Of a stretch of 64,000 nt of DNA, positions 40,325-53,339 are shown in pieces. Origin of the DNA: Octopus bimaculoides (taxonomy: Eukaryota). Each line of letters opens with the position of its first letter. The first letter of the stretch is position 1. The DNA lies in the NCBI RefSeq assembly GCF_001194135.2, contig NC_069000.1, forward strand, positions 8,962,292 to 9,026,291, read 5' to 3'. The notes under the pieces are model-generated. The model saw nothing but the letters and a program-made list of their open reading frames with translations. It ran no database searches and had not been told where the DNA came from. The translations under genes were made by a program, and so were the position numbers.

Positions 40325-43300
40325 GTGAGTAAATTTTACTTTCTAGTTCATCATCATTACTTGCATGTTTGCCACCATTATCCCCATATTCCTTCATGTT
40401 CTCTATCACTCATGAACATCATCTCCATCATTATGTTAATCACCATCAACAGAAAAGCTCCTCTGCAGTCAGTCACACGAACTTGCTACAAATAGCTGAA
40501 TCTCCTTCAACCCATACTCTAATAGAGGTGGGGGTCGAAGAGCTTTCTTAACCAATTAACCCAAAATATATTTTTTTTATGCTGACGTTACCCACTTTCA
40601 TTTGAAAGGGAGAAAGTCATAGATTCTTTGAATTCAAATGATTTATTGAATCTATTTATATGGAGAATACAATTATGAATATAAAACAAATGCAATGAAA
40701 TAAATTAATATCCTCATTGTGAAACAGAAGGATTTCTCTAGAAGCTTTTTCACTTCAGGTTTTGGAGAAATGATGTTGTTTCGTTTTTGTTATAATTACA
40801 TCAAAATTGGGCGGCGGCGAGCTGCCAGAGACGTTAGCCCGCGGGGCGAAATGCTTAACAGTATTTCGTCTGTGTTTACGTTCTGAGTTCAAATTTCGCC
40901 AAGGTCGACTTCGCCTTGCCTTTCATCCTTTCGGGATCGATAAATTAAGTACCAGTTGCGTACTGGGGTCGATCTAATCGACTGGCTCCTCCCCCAATAT
41001 TTCGGGCCTTGTTCCTAGCGTAGAGAAGAATGACAAGAGAAATTTGGAGTCTTCGGGGTCCAATCAATTACTCTACTTCATTAGAGTGGAAAATCCTTGT
41101 TTGCAAAGGTACTTTGTTGCAAAAGGCAGTAGCTCTTTGACTGCCTCCTCATGCCAGAAGAGAAATTTCTGTCATAACAAGGAACACGTTTTTTTTTTTT
41201 TTTTATATATAATTTTATTTACGTCTAACTAGTTCTCATTAGCCCCCAAAATTTCATTTTTACCCTATCTGGGGGTAATGTCTTATGTATTTGAATGATG
41301 ACGATTGTCACTATTGGATGCCTTTCGTCACAGAGAAGCAAAACAACAACATACACCATCTTTATCATTACCAAAACTATCATCATTATCATCGTCACTA
41401 TACTAGGATTCAGAGTTGAAACTCTTTTGTACCGAAAGACTATTACCCAATAATGAGTTAAATATTTATAGTTTTCTCCCTTTACGAGAAGTTGTGTCCC
41501 CTGGTTGATACAATCATGATAGATTTCACACACACACACACACAGTTAGATATTACATGTGTAATAGTTAGATATTACATGTTTTTATGATTTTATAACT
41601 GGTGTTTGTCTATTTTTCTTACAGTACCACCTGGGGAGCCAGTCATCGATGGCAGCCGAATATACAAAGAAGGAGAACGTACAGATTTGACCTGTACTTC
41701 AGTTGGCGGCAAGCCCCCACCTCGGCTTTACTGGACCTCAAACAACAAAAACTACTCTGATAAAATAAGTCACACTGGTGATAAGTCTTCAATTGTACTG
41801 AACATTGAAGTGAATCGAACGTTTAATGGGCAACAGATTTCTTGCTTTGCAGAGAATTCCGTGAACAAGAACAATCCGTCGGAGACAAGGACAACCCTCA
41901 ATGTACAATGTAAGTGTTTCATTGCTTTTCCTCTTTTCTTCTATGTGCTACCATTTTGGAAAATATAGAATTGTACTTTGTCTCTAAATATCTGTGTATT
42001 TGATCATGGTTTGCTCAATCAGGCATGACATGGGGTTTCGCAACTAGGTCAGCTTTTCTCAACCATTTTGTTACCTCTGGACCTCCTCGTTTCCTATTTT
42101 ACTCTGGTAGAGCCCCACCACCACCACCACTACCACCACCATTGCCATTTCATGTCTTTAAAAAAATCCAGTTGTATTTTTATAATTAAATATTATTAGG
42201 GATTGTACAAAATACTCTCTTTTACTCTCTTTGACTTGTTTCAGGCATTTGGCTGTGGCCATGCTGGAGCACCGCCTTTAGTCGAGCAAATCGACCCCAA
42301 GACTTATTCTTTGGAAGCCCAGTACTTATTCTATCGGTCCCTTTTATAACTTTACTCCTTTGTAACTTTAGTCTTTTATTTTTTATAAAAATCTTTTGAT
42401 TATGTTATGTGTATATAAATTTGTCTTTCATTTATGATTCTTTTTCCTGACAGATGCACCATCAGTTAAAGTAACCCCTGATTACAATCCATATAAAGTC
42501 ATTGAGGGTACCTCTGCCACATTGACATGCCATATAGACGCTAATCCAAGAGCAATACGAGCATCATTGTGGAAAGAAAGAGCTCAACTTCGAAGTAAGT
42601 TGCATTATTTTACATTGTTCTTATTGTTGTTGTTGGCACTCCATCGCTTACGACGTCGAGGGTTCCAGTCGATCCGATCAATGGAACAGCCTGCTCGTGA
42701 AATTAACGTGCAAGTGGCTGAGTACTCCCCAGACACGTGTACCCTTGACGTAGTTCTCGGGGATATTCAGCGTGACACAGTGAGACAAGGCTGACCCCTT
42801 TGAATTACAGGCACAACAGAAACAGGAAGTAAGAGTGAGAGAAAGTTGTGGTGGAAGAGTACAGCAGGGTTCGCCACCATCCCCTGCTGGAGCCTCGTGG
42901 AGCTTTAAGTGTTTTCGCTCAATAAACACTCACAATGCCCGGTCTGGGAATCGAAACCGCGATCCTATGACTGCGAGTCCGCTGCCCTAACCACTGGGTC
43001 ATTGCACCTCCACACATTGTTCTTATGATGTCTAAGAAAACATTGATGTTCTTTTTCAGTCAAGACGTTATCAGTTTCTTCAAGGACCACCTTGGAAGGA
43101 CAGTTCTTGTCCACTCACTAAAGTTAAGCAACGTCGAGCCTAGTGAGTACTTAGATGGGTGACTGCTTGGGAAACCTAGGTGCTGTAAGCGTCACACACT
43201 TTTTTAAAGGCGGTGCTCCAGCATGGCCACAGTCAAATGACTGAAACAAGTCAAAGTGTAAAAGAATATAGGTGCAGGCATGACTGTGTGGTAAGAAGTT

Positions 43301-46300
43301 TGTTTCCAAACCACATGGTTCTGGGTTCAGTCTCACTGCATGGCACTTTGGGCAAGGATCTTCTGTTATATAGCCTCAGGCTGACCAAAGTCTTGTAAAT
43401 GGATATGGTAGATGGAAACTGAAAGTAGCCTGTTGTTTGAGCGTGTGTGTGTGTGTGTGTATGCGTTTGCCCCTCCCCATCCCCCATCACTACTTGACAA
43501 CTGGTGTTACTGTGTCTACATTCATGTAACTTAGCAGTTCAACAAAACAGATTGATAGAATAAGTACTAGGCTTACAAAATCCATCCTGGTGTCAATCCG
43601 TTTGGCTAAAACCCCTGAAGGCAGTGCTCCTGCATGGCCACAGTCAACTGACTGAAACGGATAAAAGAATAACAGATTTTTTTTTTCTTTTCTTTTTCCT
43701 AAGGGTTAATTATCTTAATATTTTAATCACTAAAGGTTCCTTTCTCTCTTCTCTTCGTTATTTGCTTTAGGTGCAACCAACAGTGAATTAAATGCTGGAA
43801 AGTTCTCCCACACGATTCCTTCTGTAGATGTGGGCATGCATGGCTCCTACATATGTCAAGCAGTCAATGGTGTAGCAACTCGCGAAGCAGCTGTGTCTCT
43901 TGATGTTTTATGTAAGTTAACCCTTTAACATTCAGATTACTCTGTCAAGTGTAATGCCAATTCTTTTTACGTTGCTTTTAATTGTTCATGGATTATTTTC
44001 TAGCTTTGGGATTTCAATGATGTGATTGTTTACTTTTACAATGACTAGAATGACATTGTAGGGTAGGTGTGTACCAATTTTATCAACCCCAAAAGGATGT
44101 AAAGTAAACTTGACCTTGGCAGAATTTGAACTCAGAATGTAAACAGCTAAGAGAAATGCTGCTAAGCATTATTACCCATAGTGTTAACAATCTTGCCAAC
44201 TTGCTACCTTTTCAATGATAATAATAGTCCTTTCTACTATAGGCACAAGGCCTGAAATTTTGGGGGAGGGGCCCCTAGTAATTCACTGGTACTTAATTTA
44301 TACTGGTAATAACAGTTTCTGTTGTACAGCCCAGAGCAAATGGCATATTTTATATTGCTTCTGAGAAGTCAAAACGAAGCAAATCATAAGAAATAAGAAA
44401 AGTCAATGGTACCAGACCTTGTGCCAATATTTGAAACCCTGGTACAGTGGTAAGCTGTCCCAGACAAAAAGCTAAGATACATTATTCCAGTTTTATGTTC
44501 TAAAGTTCAAATTCCACCAATGTCAACTTTGCTTTCCATCTTTCAGGGTCAGTGAAAGAAGTACTAGTTGAGCGCTGCATTTGAGATCGTCAACTGACCT
44601 CCTTCTCTACAAAAAGCCAGGCCTTTTTTCCTACAATAGAGAGAATTGTTAAGCTAAACCTGGAGGTACAGCAAATAGAAATAACTTCATGGCAGGATTG
44701 GTANNNNNNNNNNNNNNNNNNNNNNNNNAATGACTATCATTTAATTTGGGTTGAATTTAACCTAGATTGGTGGTAGAGTGACTATAATTTAAGCCTTACT
44801 GTTATTTTCCACAACATACTTAACATATGTTGTTGGCACTCCGTCACTTACGACGTCGAGGGTTCCAGTCGATCCGATCAATGGAACAGCCTGCTCGTGA
44901 AATTAACGTGCAAGTGGCTGAGCACTCCACAGACATGTGTACCCTTAACGTAGTTCTCGAGGATATTCAGCGTGACACAGTGTGACAAGGCTGACCCTTT
45001 GAATTACAGGCACAACAGAAACAGGAAGTAAGAGTGAGAGAAAGTTGTGCTGAAAGAGTAGAGCAGGGTTCGCCACCATCCCCTGCCGGAGCCTCGTGGA
45101 GCTTTTAGGTGTTTTCGCTCAATAAACACTCACAACGCCCAGTCTGGGAATCGAAGCCGCGATCTTATGACCGCGAGTCCGCTGCCTTAACCACTGGGCC
45201 ATTGCGCCTCCACTATACTTAACATAAAGGAATAATTAAAATAATTACATGTAGACTTGTGTTTGTGTCTGCATGCATGTGTGTATTGTAGTGCTTCAAA
45301 ATTCTGTTGAAATTCATTTTTTTCTGTTTTTTTTTTTTTTTNNNNNNNNNNTTTTTTTCTGTTTTTTTTTTTTTTATTCTCCAGATAAACCGAAGCTCAC
45401 AGTCATGCCGAAAGTTGTAGTCAACATCACTGACCCAGTGCAGTTCGAATGCCGTGCAGATGCAAACCCAGTGCCAAACGTCTTACGCTGGACTCCGTCT
45501 GATAATGTAGCAACTAATACACCTTCCCGTATACTTGCCACATGGAGGAGTAGCAGTGCCAGCAGATTGATTGCCCGCGAATATACATGTGAATCTGCAA
45601 ACTCATTGGTGCCTTCTTTAGGAGATGCAGTCATCAATGCAAATTCCAGTGCAGTTACAACTCTCTATGTGCGATGTGAGTAATATTAAATTGTTGTTGT
45701 GGTTGTTGTTGAGATCCTATGAATCCAAATAACACACTTGTACAAGAATAGTCTATCTCTGTTACACACACACACACACAAGCACACATTTCTCCATACA
45801 GGCAGTTATTTGGTTATACAATCATACAAGTGCACACTCGTGCATGTACACACTTTCATGCACATTTTCATACAATTATGAGCAGTCCTGCATGTAATGC
45901 GTTCAGAAATACATTGACCCAGGGTGCTGCAAAGTGGAACTGTGAACCCAAGACAACATCAGCACCAAGTTTCCTCATAAAAAAAGAAGTGAAATGGAAC
46001 CAGTACATGTTTCTAATTGGCACGATGACCCTCCCAAAGTACAGCAAAATTTCTAAAAGTAATTACACAATAATAATAATGATTTCAAACTTTTGCCACA
46101 AGGGCAGCTTGGGAGGTGGGGATTAAGTCATTACATCGACTCCAGTGTTTCACTGGTACTTAATTTATCAACCCTGAAAGGATAAACGGCAAAGTCAATC
46201 TCGGTGGAATTTGAACTCAAAACGTAGTGATGGGCAAATTGCCGCTAAGCATTCCATTCAGCATGCTAAGGATTCTGCCTGCTCGCTGCCTTCACAACAA

Positions 46301-49300
46301 CAATAATAATAATAATAATAATTATGTGTATAATATTTTCTTTTAATATTTGCTTTTCAGATTCACCAGGCAATGTAGAAATTAATTCAAATAACATACC
46401 CATAAAAGGAGCAGAACCAATTTCTCTGACATGCAAAGTGGACCCTAATAATTGTGAGTCTTCTAGAATTTGTTGTTTGTATTGAATTTAGGTGTCTGTT
46501 GTTTCAGTTTTGTTTCTCTTGTATTCTTTTACTTGTTAGAGTCACTGGACTGTGGACATCTTCACAGATGTAACTCCTACAGCACTATGACTGAGTGTTG
46601 AAGCAGTTACTCGACAACTCAAATGTGGGCGTAATATACCTTGACTTTGCAAAAGCTTTTGATAAAGTTGATCATCGTAGGATATGCCACGAACTGCATG
46701 ATTTTGGCATAGCTGGAAAACTTGGTTGAGTGGTTACATGACTTTCTGAAAGATAGAAGTCAGGCAGTAGGGGGCCAATGGAGCCACCTTAAAGCAAACC
46801 TAAACAGTGATTGATGTTCCACAGGGCACTGTCTTGGGACCTCTGCTTTTCGTAGTGACCCCCTCAGCTGCCCGGATAGCCACCCTTGCTAGCTATGTAG
46901 ATGATAGGAAAGTCTTGCAGAAAATACAAAACTCCACCAATGTTGCATGCTTTCAGCAGGAGTTGGATGCAATTTACAGATAGGCTGAGGACAATAATAT
47001 GCAGTTTAATGCTGGAAAAAAGGCGCAGGCACCGTGTGTGTGTGTGTGTGTGTGTGCATACACTCACACACACACACATACAATGGACAGATTTCTTTCA
47101 GTTTCTGTCTACCAAACCCACTCAAAAATCTCGTCCTGGTGCTGCTATAACACTTACCCAAAGTGCCACTCAATGAAACTGAACTCAGAACCATGTGTTT
47201 AGCAAGCAGATTTCTCGCTTCACAGCTACACTTGTTTTTTAAGGGCTCTGCTCCAGTGTGTTGGAGTTCGATTACTGAAACCAATAAAAAGAAAGAAGAC
47301 TAAGATTTTTTTTTTTTTTTTTTTTTTTCCCTCACGTTTTAGCTGGTTACCCATTGCCGACTTATGTCTGGAGAAGAGAAGGTCAATTGATTGGGAACAG
47401 GTCCTCAACGCTCACTATTAACCAACCCCGCCTTCAAGACGGTGGTCGTTATACTTGCATAGCTCGGAACCAGATGGGGAGCAGCAACCAGGGCGCTATC
47501 GTCGTAAACGTCAAAGGTAAGTAACTCTTTAAAAGGTTTAAAACTACCAAGGGAAATAATTCTTATGATCAACACACACATAGTACATATGCTACGTACA
47601 CTACATTGCCCCCCCCCCCCGTAATATTTTGAAGTTTGGTTATACACCTATGTTGTTTAAAGACTGTTCACTGTAGTAATTAACGAAGTCTCGTGAATTC
47701 CAGTTACTTTGTCTTTTTGATAAACGTACATACTTCTGTACGTAACTGAAAGCCTACACAAATTGTTACACTTTTCTGAAGAGTAACATTTCAATTTCTA
47801 CAAAAAATAAATAAACAAACAAAATAAAACCAGTTGTCTTCATTCAGAATGGAAGGACTGACGTGTCTGTCAATTAAAAAAAAAAAAAAAGTACAATTCA
47901 GTGGGGTGGGGATTAGCAAAAGGGTAAGCATGTCAGAACAAATGCCTTGCAGTATTTGTTCTAGCTCCTTGCATTCTGAGTTCAAATCTTGCCTTGGCCC
48001 ATTCAGATGTTAGAGCTCATCCTTCTCTTGGTTTAACGCCACTACATGGCACCTTAGGTGGCGTCTTTAGCAAAGACAACTCTGTCGCAAGGATTTGTGT
48101 TGGGTCTTTGGTTTGAGGGGCTGTGGTCCATTCCTAATTTCTTCCCTCCCTACCAGTCATGGAAGCCCTGTAGTATCACGGGTACTGTCTTTCCTCTGTA
48201 TAAAAGATATAGAATAAAGCTAGATGTGGTTCAAATTCCATTAGTAGATTTGTTACTGTTTCCTTCTTAAATTGGGGACTCTAATGTCTAAGACTGGTTA
48301 TTTACTTATACAATCATTTATTTTGTTACTGTATTCTCTCAGATTGAGGACTCTAATGGTTAAGATTGGTTATTGATTTATTATAAGGTACTGCATTTAT
48401 TTTTTCTCCATTTTCCTTGTCTCAAATTGGGGACTCTAATGTTTAATATTGGTCATTGACTTATTATAATGTACTATCATTTATTTACTTTTCAGAATAT
48501 CCTGAAATCACCACCGGTTTACCCTCAAACATGATAAAAAATGAGAAGGAGCGTATCAATCCATTAAGATGTATAGCCTATGGTAACCCAGCACCAACGA
48601 TTACTTGGTGGAAGAACGGTGAATTGGTCTCTGGCCACAATTACAAAGTGCAAAGCTCAAGTAACAACAATATCGTCACCAGCATGTTGTATTTTGAAAG
48701 TAAGATATAGTTTTCTTTGATTTGTATAAAATAATGATTTTCAACCTTTATCCATTCATGGCACATGGCGTACGGTGTCACTATCATGCTCATGATTTTC
48801 AATAGCAAAATCTTATAGGAACCCCCAAGGGCCGCATGGACTCCAGGTGAGAGCAACTGGTCTAGAAGTTAGTAATGTCTAAATAAATTGTTTAATTTCT
48901 TTAATTCACAGAATACATTTCTTGTTGCTGATTTTTGTTGTGTTTTCTCCCCACTTTCTTTTAGGTCCATCGCAAGATAACTCGAACCGGCTGATGCCTT
49001 TTGATACTGGCAACTATTCCTGTGTTGTGAAGACATCGTTAAATGATAAATTCAAAAGAGTATCCACATTTTCATTGATAATTAGATGTAAGTAAAACTT
49101 AATCAAATTAAGATATCGATACCTCTCTTCCATCATGATTTTGTATAACTTATAGCATATGTAACTGGGTTTTTTATATTTGGTGGGGGGAAGGTTTGTT
49201 TGTTTGTTTTGTCTCAGTGGAAGATACTTTCCCTGCATTTCGATTTGCAGAATGTTTTTGGCCAAGTCTCTAAGATAGCTTCATTTTGCATCTCACCTTT

Positions 49301-50032
49301 AATTCAAAGGGGAGGCACAAGTATCAATGTCGATCCCCGTGAAGAGACAGAGACTTATTTTTTAATAGATTCAGCTGCGCCTTTCGTATCTTTAAGGGAC
49401 AATAAAATTATGATGTTGGTGCTGAGTCATTCTACCGACAAAAATAAACACGGTTCCTCTTCGTTAGAATTAACCTGACGCTGTTGACTTCACCATTTAA
49501 GGAAATAAATTAGTTTTCAGAAACAGGGGAAGTAACTGTTTTTTTAACTAGAATTGCCTCCCTTTGTGACTGCAGATGATAACAAGAGCAAATTCTTAGA
49601 TGAACCCCCACGATCGATATAATAGTCAACGTAACATATTTTACCAAAAGTATTATTATTTGTATGGTGCATCCTGGGATTTTCCAACTTGCCTCAGAAA
49701 CTCGAGGCATATTTTTGGATGGATAGATAAATAGGCAGCACAGACATAGTTCATTCACAATACGCTGATAACTCCTACACCTGTCTTTTTTGTTTTGTTT
49801 TGTGTTTTTTTATAGTTATTTTTACCATAATCTGTTGTTTAACCTCAGGTCATCTCCTATAAGACAAATGTAACCCTTGTCTTTTAGAGGGAGGAAATTG
49901 GCATAGTGTATCGAAATAGTTAGGTGTGGCTTGTAAGAGATTGGACTGCTAGTTTTAACAGGTCAATGGACCATTTAGAGGTTCACCTATTGTCTATATT
50001 TTTATGAGAATTAATACATTCATTTAATATTT

Positions 50033-50073
<41 letters not shown>

Positions 50074-53000
50074 TATTTATATATATTTTGTGGCTTAGAA
50101 ATTGATTTCTAAGTATATAAATGCATTTACCACATGAATATGCATGTTTGTATCTACTACATGAATATACATGTTTGTATTTGCTCATTTAGATCTACAT
50201 TCTTTTTTAAGAGAGTGCAAGAGTTAGTCAATCATATTAAACAAATTCTCTAATATTTATATTTATTGATTATTATTATTTATTATGTCGTATTTGTAGC
50301 TGCACCTTCTATCGAAGAAATGAAGGAAACTGTTGCCATTTCTCTGAAAACCAAATCGAATGTGTCTATTGAAATCGAAGCTTACCCTGAACCAATTTTC
50401 TCTTGGCGTAAAGATAACCAACCAGTTTCCATCACTTCTCTCACTACACAGATCAATGTCAATACATTCCGCTCTACGCTAATCTTCCCTTATGCTGTCT
50501 CTGACAACTTAGGTGTTTATCTTGTTATTGTGAATAACACCATTGGTGGCATAACAGCTATACGAGATGTCCGTGAAAGAAGTACGTAATACCATTTCTT
50601 AATTTCTATATAACTGTAATTTAACACCTTGTCATTATTTCTTAAGCACGCTTTTACTCATTTTAACCTTTTGCACACTGTATTTTCTCTAGAACTGTTT
50701 CTCCTGTCACTGCCCTGTTACAACAAGGGAGAAAACTCATGTTGTGATGCGATGCACCTACAGTGTGCTAAAGGTTAATGCCCACTCTTTCTTGATCAAA
50801 TGAGTGGGATGAAATTTGTTGAAGCAGATTTTTTACTGGTAGATGCTCTTCTTGCCACAAACCCTCACCTTGTGCCAAGATTTGAAATTATTATTATTAT
50901 TATTATTATATGAAGGCAGCAAGCTGGCAGAATCGTTAGCTCACGGGATGAAATGCTTAGCGGTATTTAGCCTGTTGCTATCTTCTCAGCTCAAATTCTG
51001 CCAAGGTCAACTTTGCCTTTCATCCTTTCGGAGTCAATAAAATAAGTATCAGTTGAACACTGGGGTTGATGTAATCAACTCATCACCTCCCTCAAATTGC
51101 TGCCCCTGTGACAAAATTTGAAACTTGTTGTTGTTTTTGAGGAGGAGGAGGACGCAAGCTAGCTGAATAATTAGAGCATTGGTGGGAAGGAAATGCTCTG
51201 TGGACATTTGTGGTCCTGTTCTTTACATTCCTAGTCAAATCTTACCAATGTCAACTTCACCTTTTGTTTCTCTGAGCTTAAAATGAAGTACCCAGGCTAA
51301 TCTTGTTCTCCATGTAATCAACCACCCCTCTCACTGCAAAATTACTGGCCATGTACCCAAATTATTGACAGTTGTTATTGTTGCCTTCTTTTGTTGTTGT
51401 TGCAGGTGTTCCAGATCCACCAAAGGATTTAGTGAGCATTGAAGCCACTTGGGAATCTGTGTACCTACAGTGGACCCCTGGTTTTGATGGCGGGGAGAAC
51501 CAGACATTCCTCATCTACAAAATCCTGACCGACAGCAGGAAACGATCCACTGGTAGGGAGGTGCTTGTTGGAAAGAGCAATGTTGCCCACTTCAACGTGA
51601 CAGGTAGCTACCTATTCTCTATCACAGCCTTGGCTCTTTCTCTTTGCCTCACTCCCAACTCATTCTCTATGCCTCATCCTTAACTCTTCTCTTTGCCTTC
51701 ACCTATATGTATGTAGTGAAGGAGTGCACTGTTCCATTATTCAGATTACTCTGTCAAATGTGATGCTTATTTTATTCACCTTGTTTTGAATTAATCATGC
51801 ATTATCTTGCAGCAAGTGGCTATTTTTCACATGGCACTGTGAGAGGTCAGATCTAGCTGGTTTGGGCATAAAACAGAAACAATATTCAGGCTGGACACGG
51901 GCCAGTTGAAATGCTTATGGGTTAATATAGACAGGATTTAAATTCAAGCTACCGTTAGTTTCATGCTATGAAGCTTGTATAACATGCTGTGAACTTCCAA
52001 GCAATCTTTTCGACTCAAATAAATAACATGGCTGGTCTTTGAGGGAAAAAGACCAGCCATGCAGTTCAGTGGGACTGAACCTGGAAGCTTGTGGTTGGGA
52101 AGCAAACTTCTTACCAAAGAGCCACTCCTGTGCCTAACAACATTAAAACAGCTGTATGCTTTCTGTCTGTCTGTCTCTCTCTTTATATTTTTCTCTCTTT
52201 GTCTTTCTTTTCCTTAAAGATTTGCTGCCCAATACATTATACAAATTCACAGTTCGTGCTATGAATAAACTCGGTAACGGATCCTTCTCAAACTACTTTA
52301 GTTTGAAGACACAAGGTAAGTCATTTTCATTCCGGTACATTTCATTCTGTTTGACTCCTAGTTGACTCATAGTAATTATTACTTGAGCAAGAGTCAGGTA
52401 AGAGGTAAATTTCACTATGCAGTACCACAGAACACAAAATTTAACCACATTTAAAGAATTATCGATACTTATGCATGTGTGTGTATTGTGAGTGTGTGCA
52501 TGTGTATTTGTGAGTGTGTGTATCTTTTCTTTTACTTGTCTGAGTCATTGGATTGCAGCCATGCTGGGGCACAACCTTGAAGGGCTTAGATAAACAAATT
52601 GACCCCAGTTTTTTTTCTTTCTTTTTAAAGCCTGATAGTTACTGTCAGTCTCTTTTCCTAAAATGCTAAGTTGCAGAAATATAAAAAGACCAACAGCGTT
52701 TCTCAAGTGGTGGGANNNNNNNNNNNNNNNNNNNNNNNNNNNNNNNNNNNNNNNNNNNNNNNNNNNNNNNNNNNNNNNNNNNNNNNNNNNNNNNNNNNNN
52801 NNNNNNNNNNNNNNNNNNNNNNNNNNNNNNNNNNNNNNNNNNNNNNNNNNNNNNNNNNNNNNNNNNNNNNNNNNNNNNNNNNNNNNNNNNNNNNNNNNNN
52901 NNNNNNNNNNNNNNNNNNNNNNNNNNNNNNNNNNNNNNNNNNNNNNNNNNNNNNNNNNNNNNNNNNNNNNNNNNNNNNNNNNNNNNNNNNNNNNNNNNNN

Positions 53001-53279
53001 NNNNNNNNNNNNNNNNNNNNNNNNNNNNNNNNNNNNNNNNNNNNNNNNNNNNNNNNNNNNNNNNNNNNNNNNNNNNNNNNNNNNNNNNNNNNNNNNNNNN
53101 NNNNNNNNNNNNNNNNNNNNNNNNNNNNNNNATCAACTTACAAGTCTTTGGTTAGCCCAGGGGCTATGATAGAAGACACTTGCCCAAGTGGAAATGAACT
53201 CAGAACCACACAGTGGGACTGAACTCAGAACCATGTAGTTGGGAAGCAAACTTCTTACCACACAGCCACTGAACTAATC

Positions 53280-53339
<60 letters not shown>

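Noticed and set aside
45140-45214. tRNA-like sequences, here and at other SINE heads
   Set aside because: They are SINE heads with A/B boxes, have no complete cloverleaf, and run straight into SINE bodies
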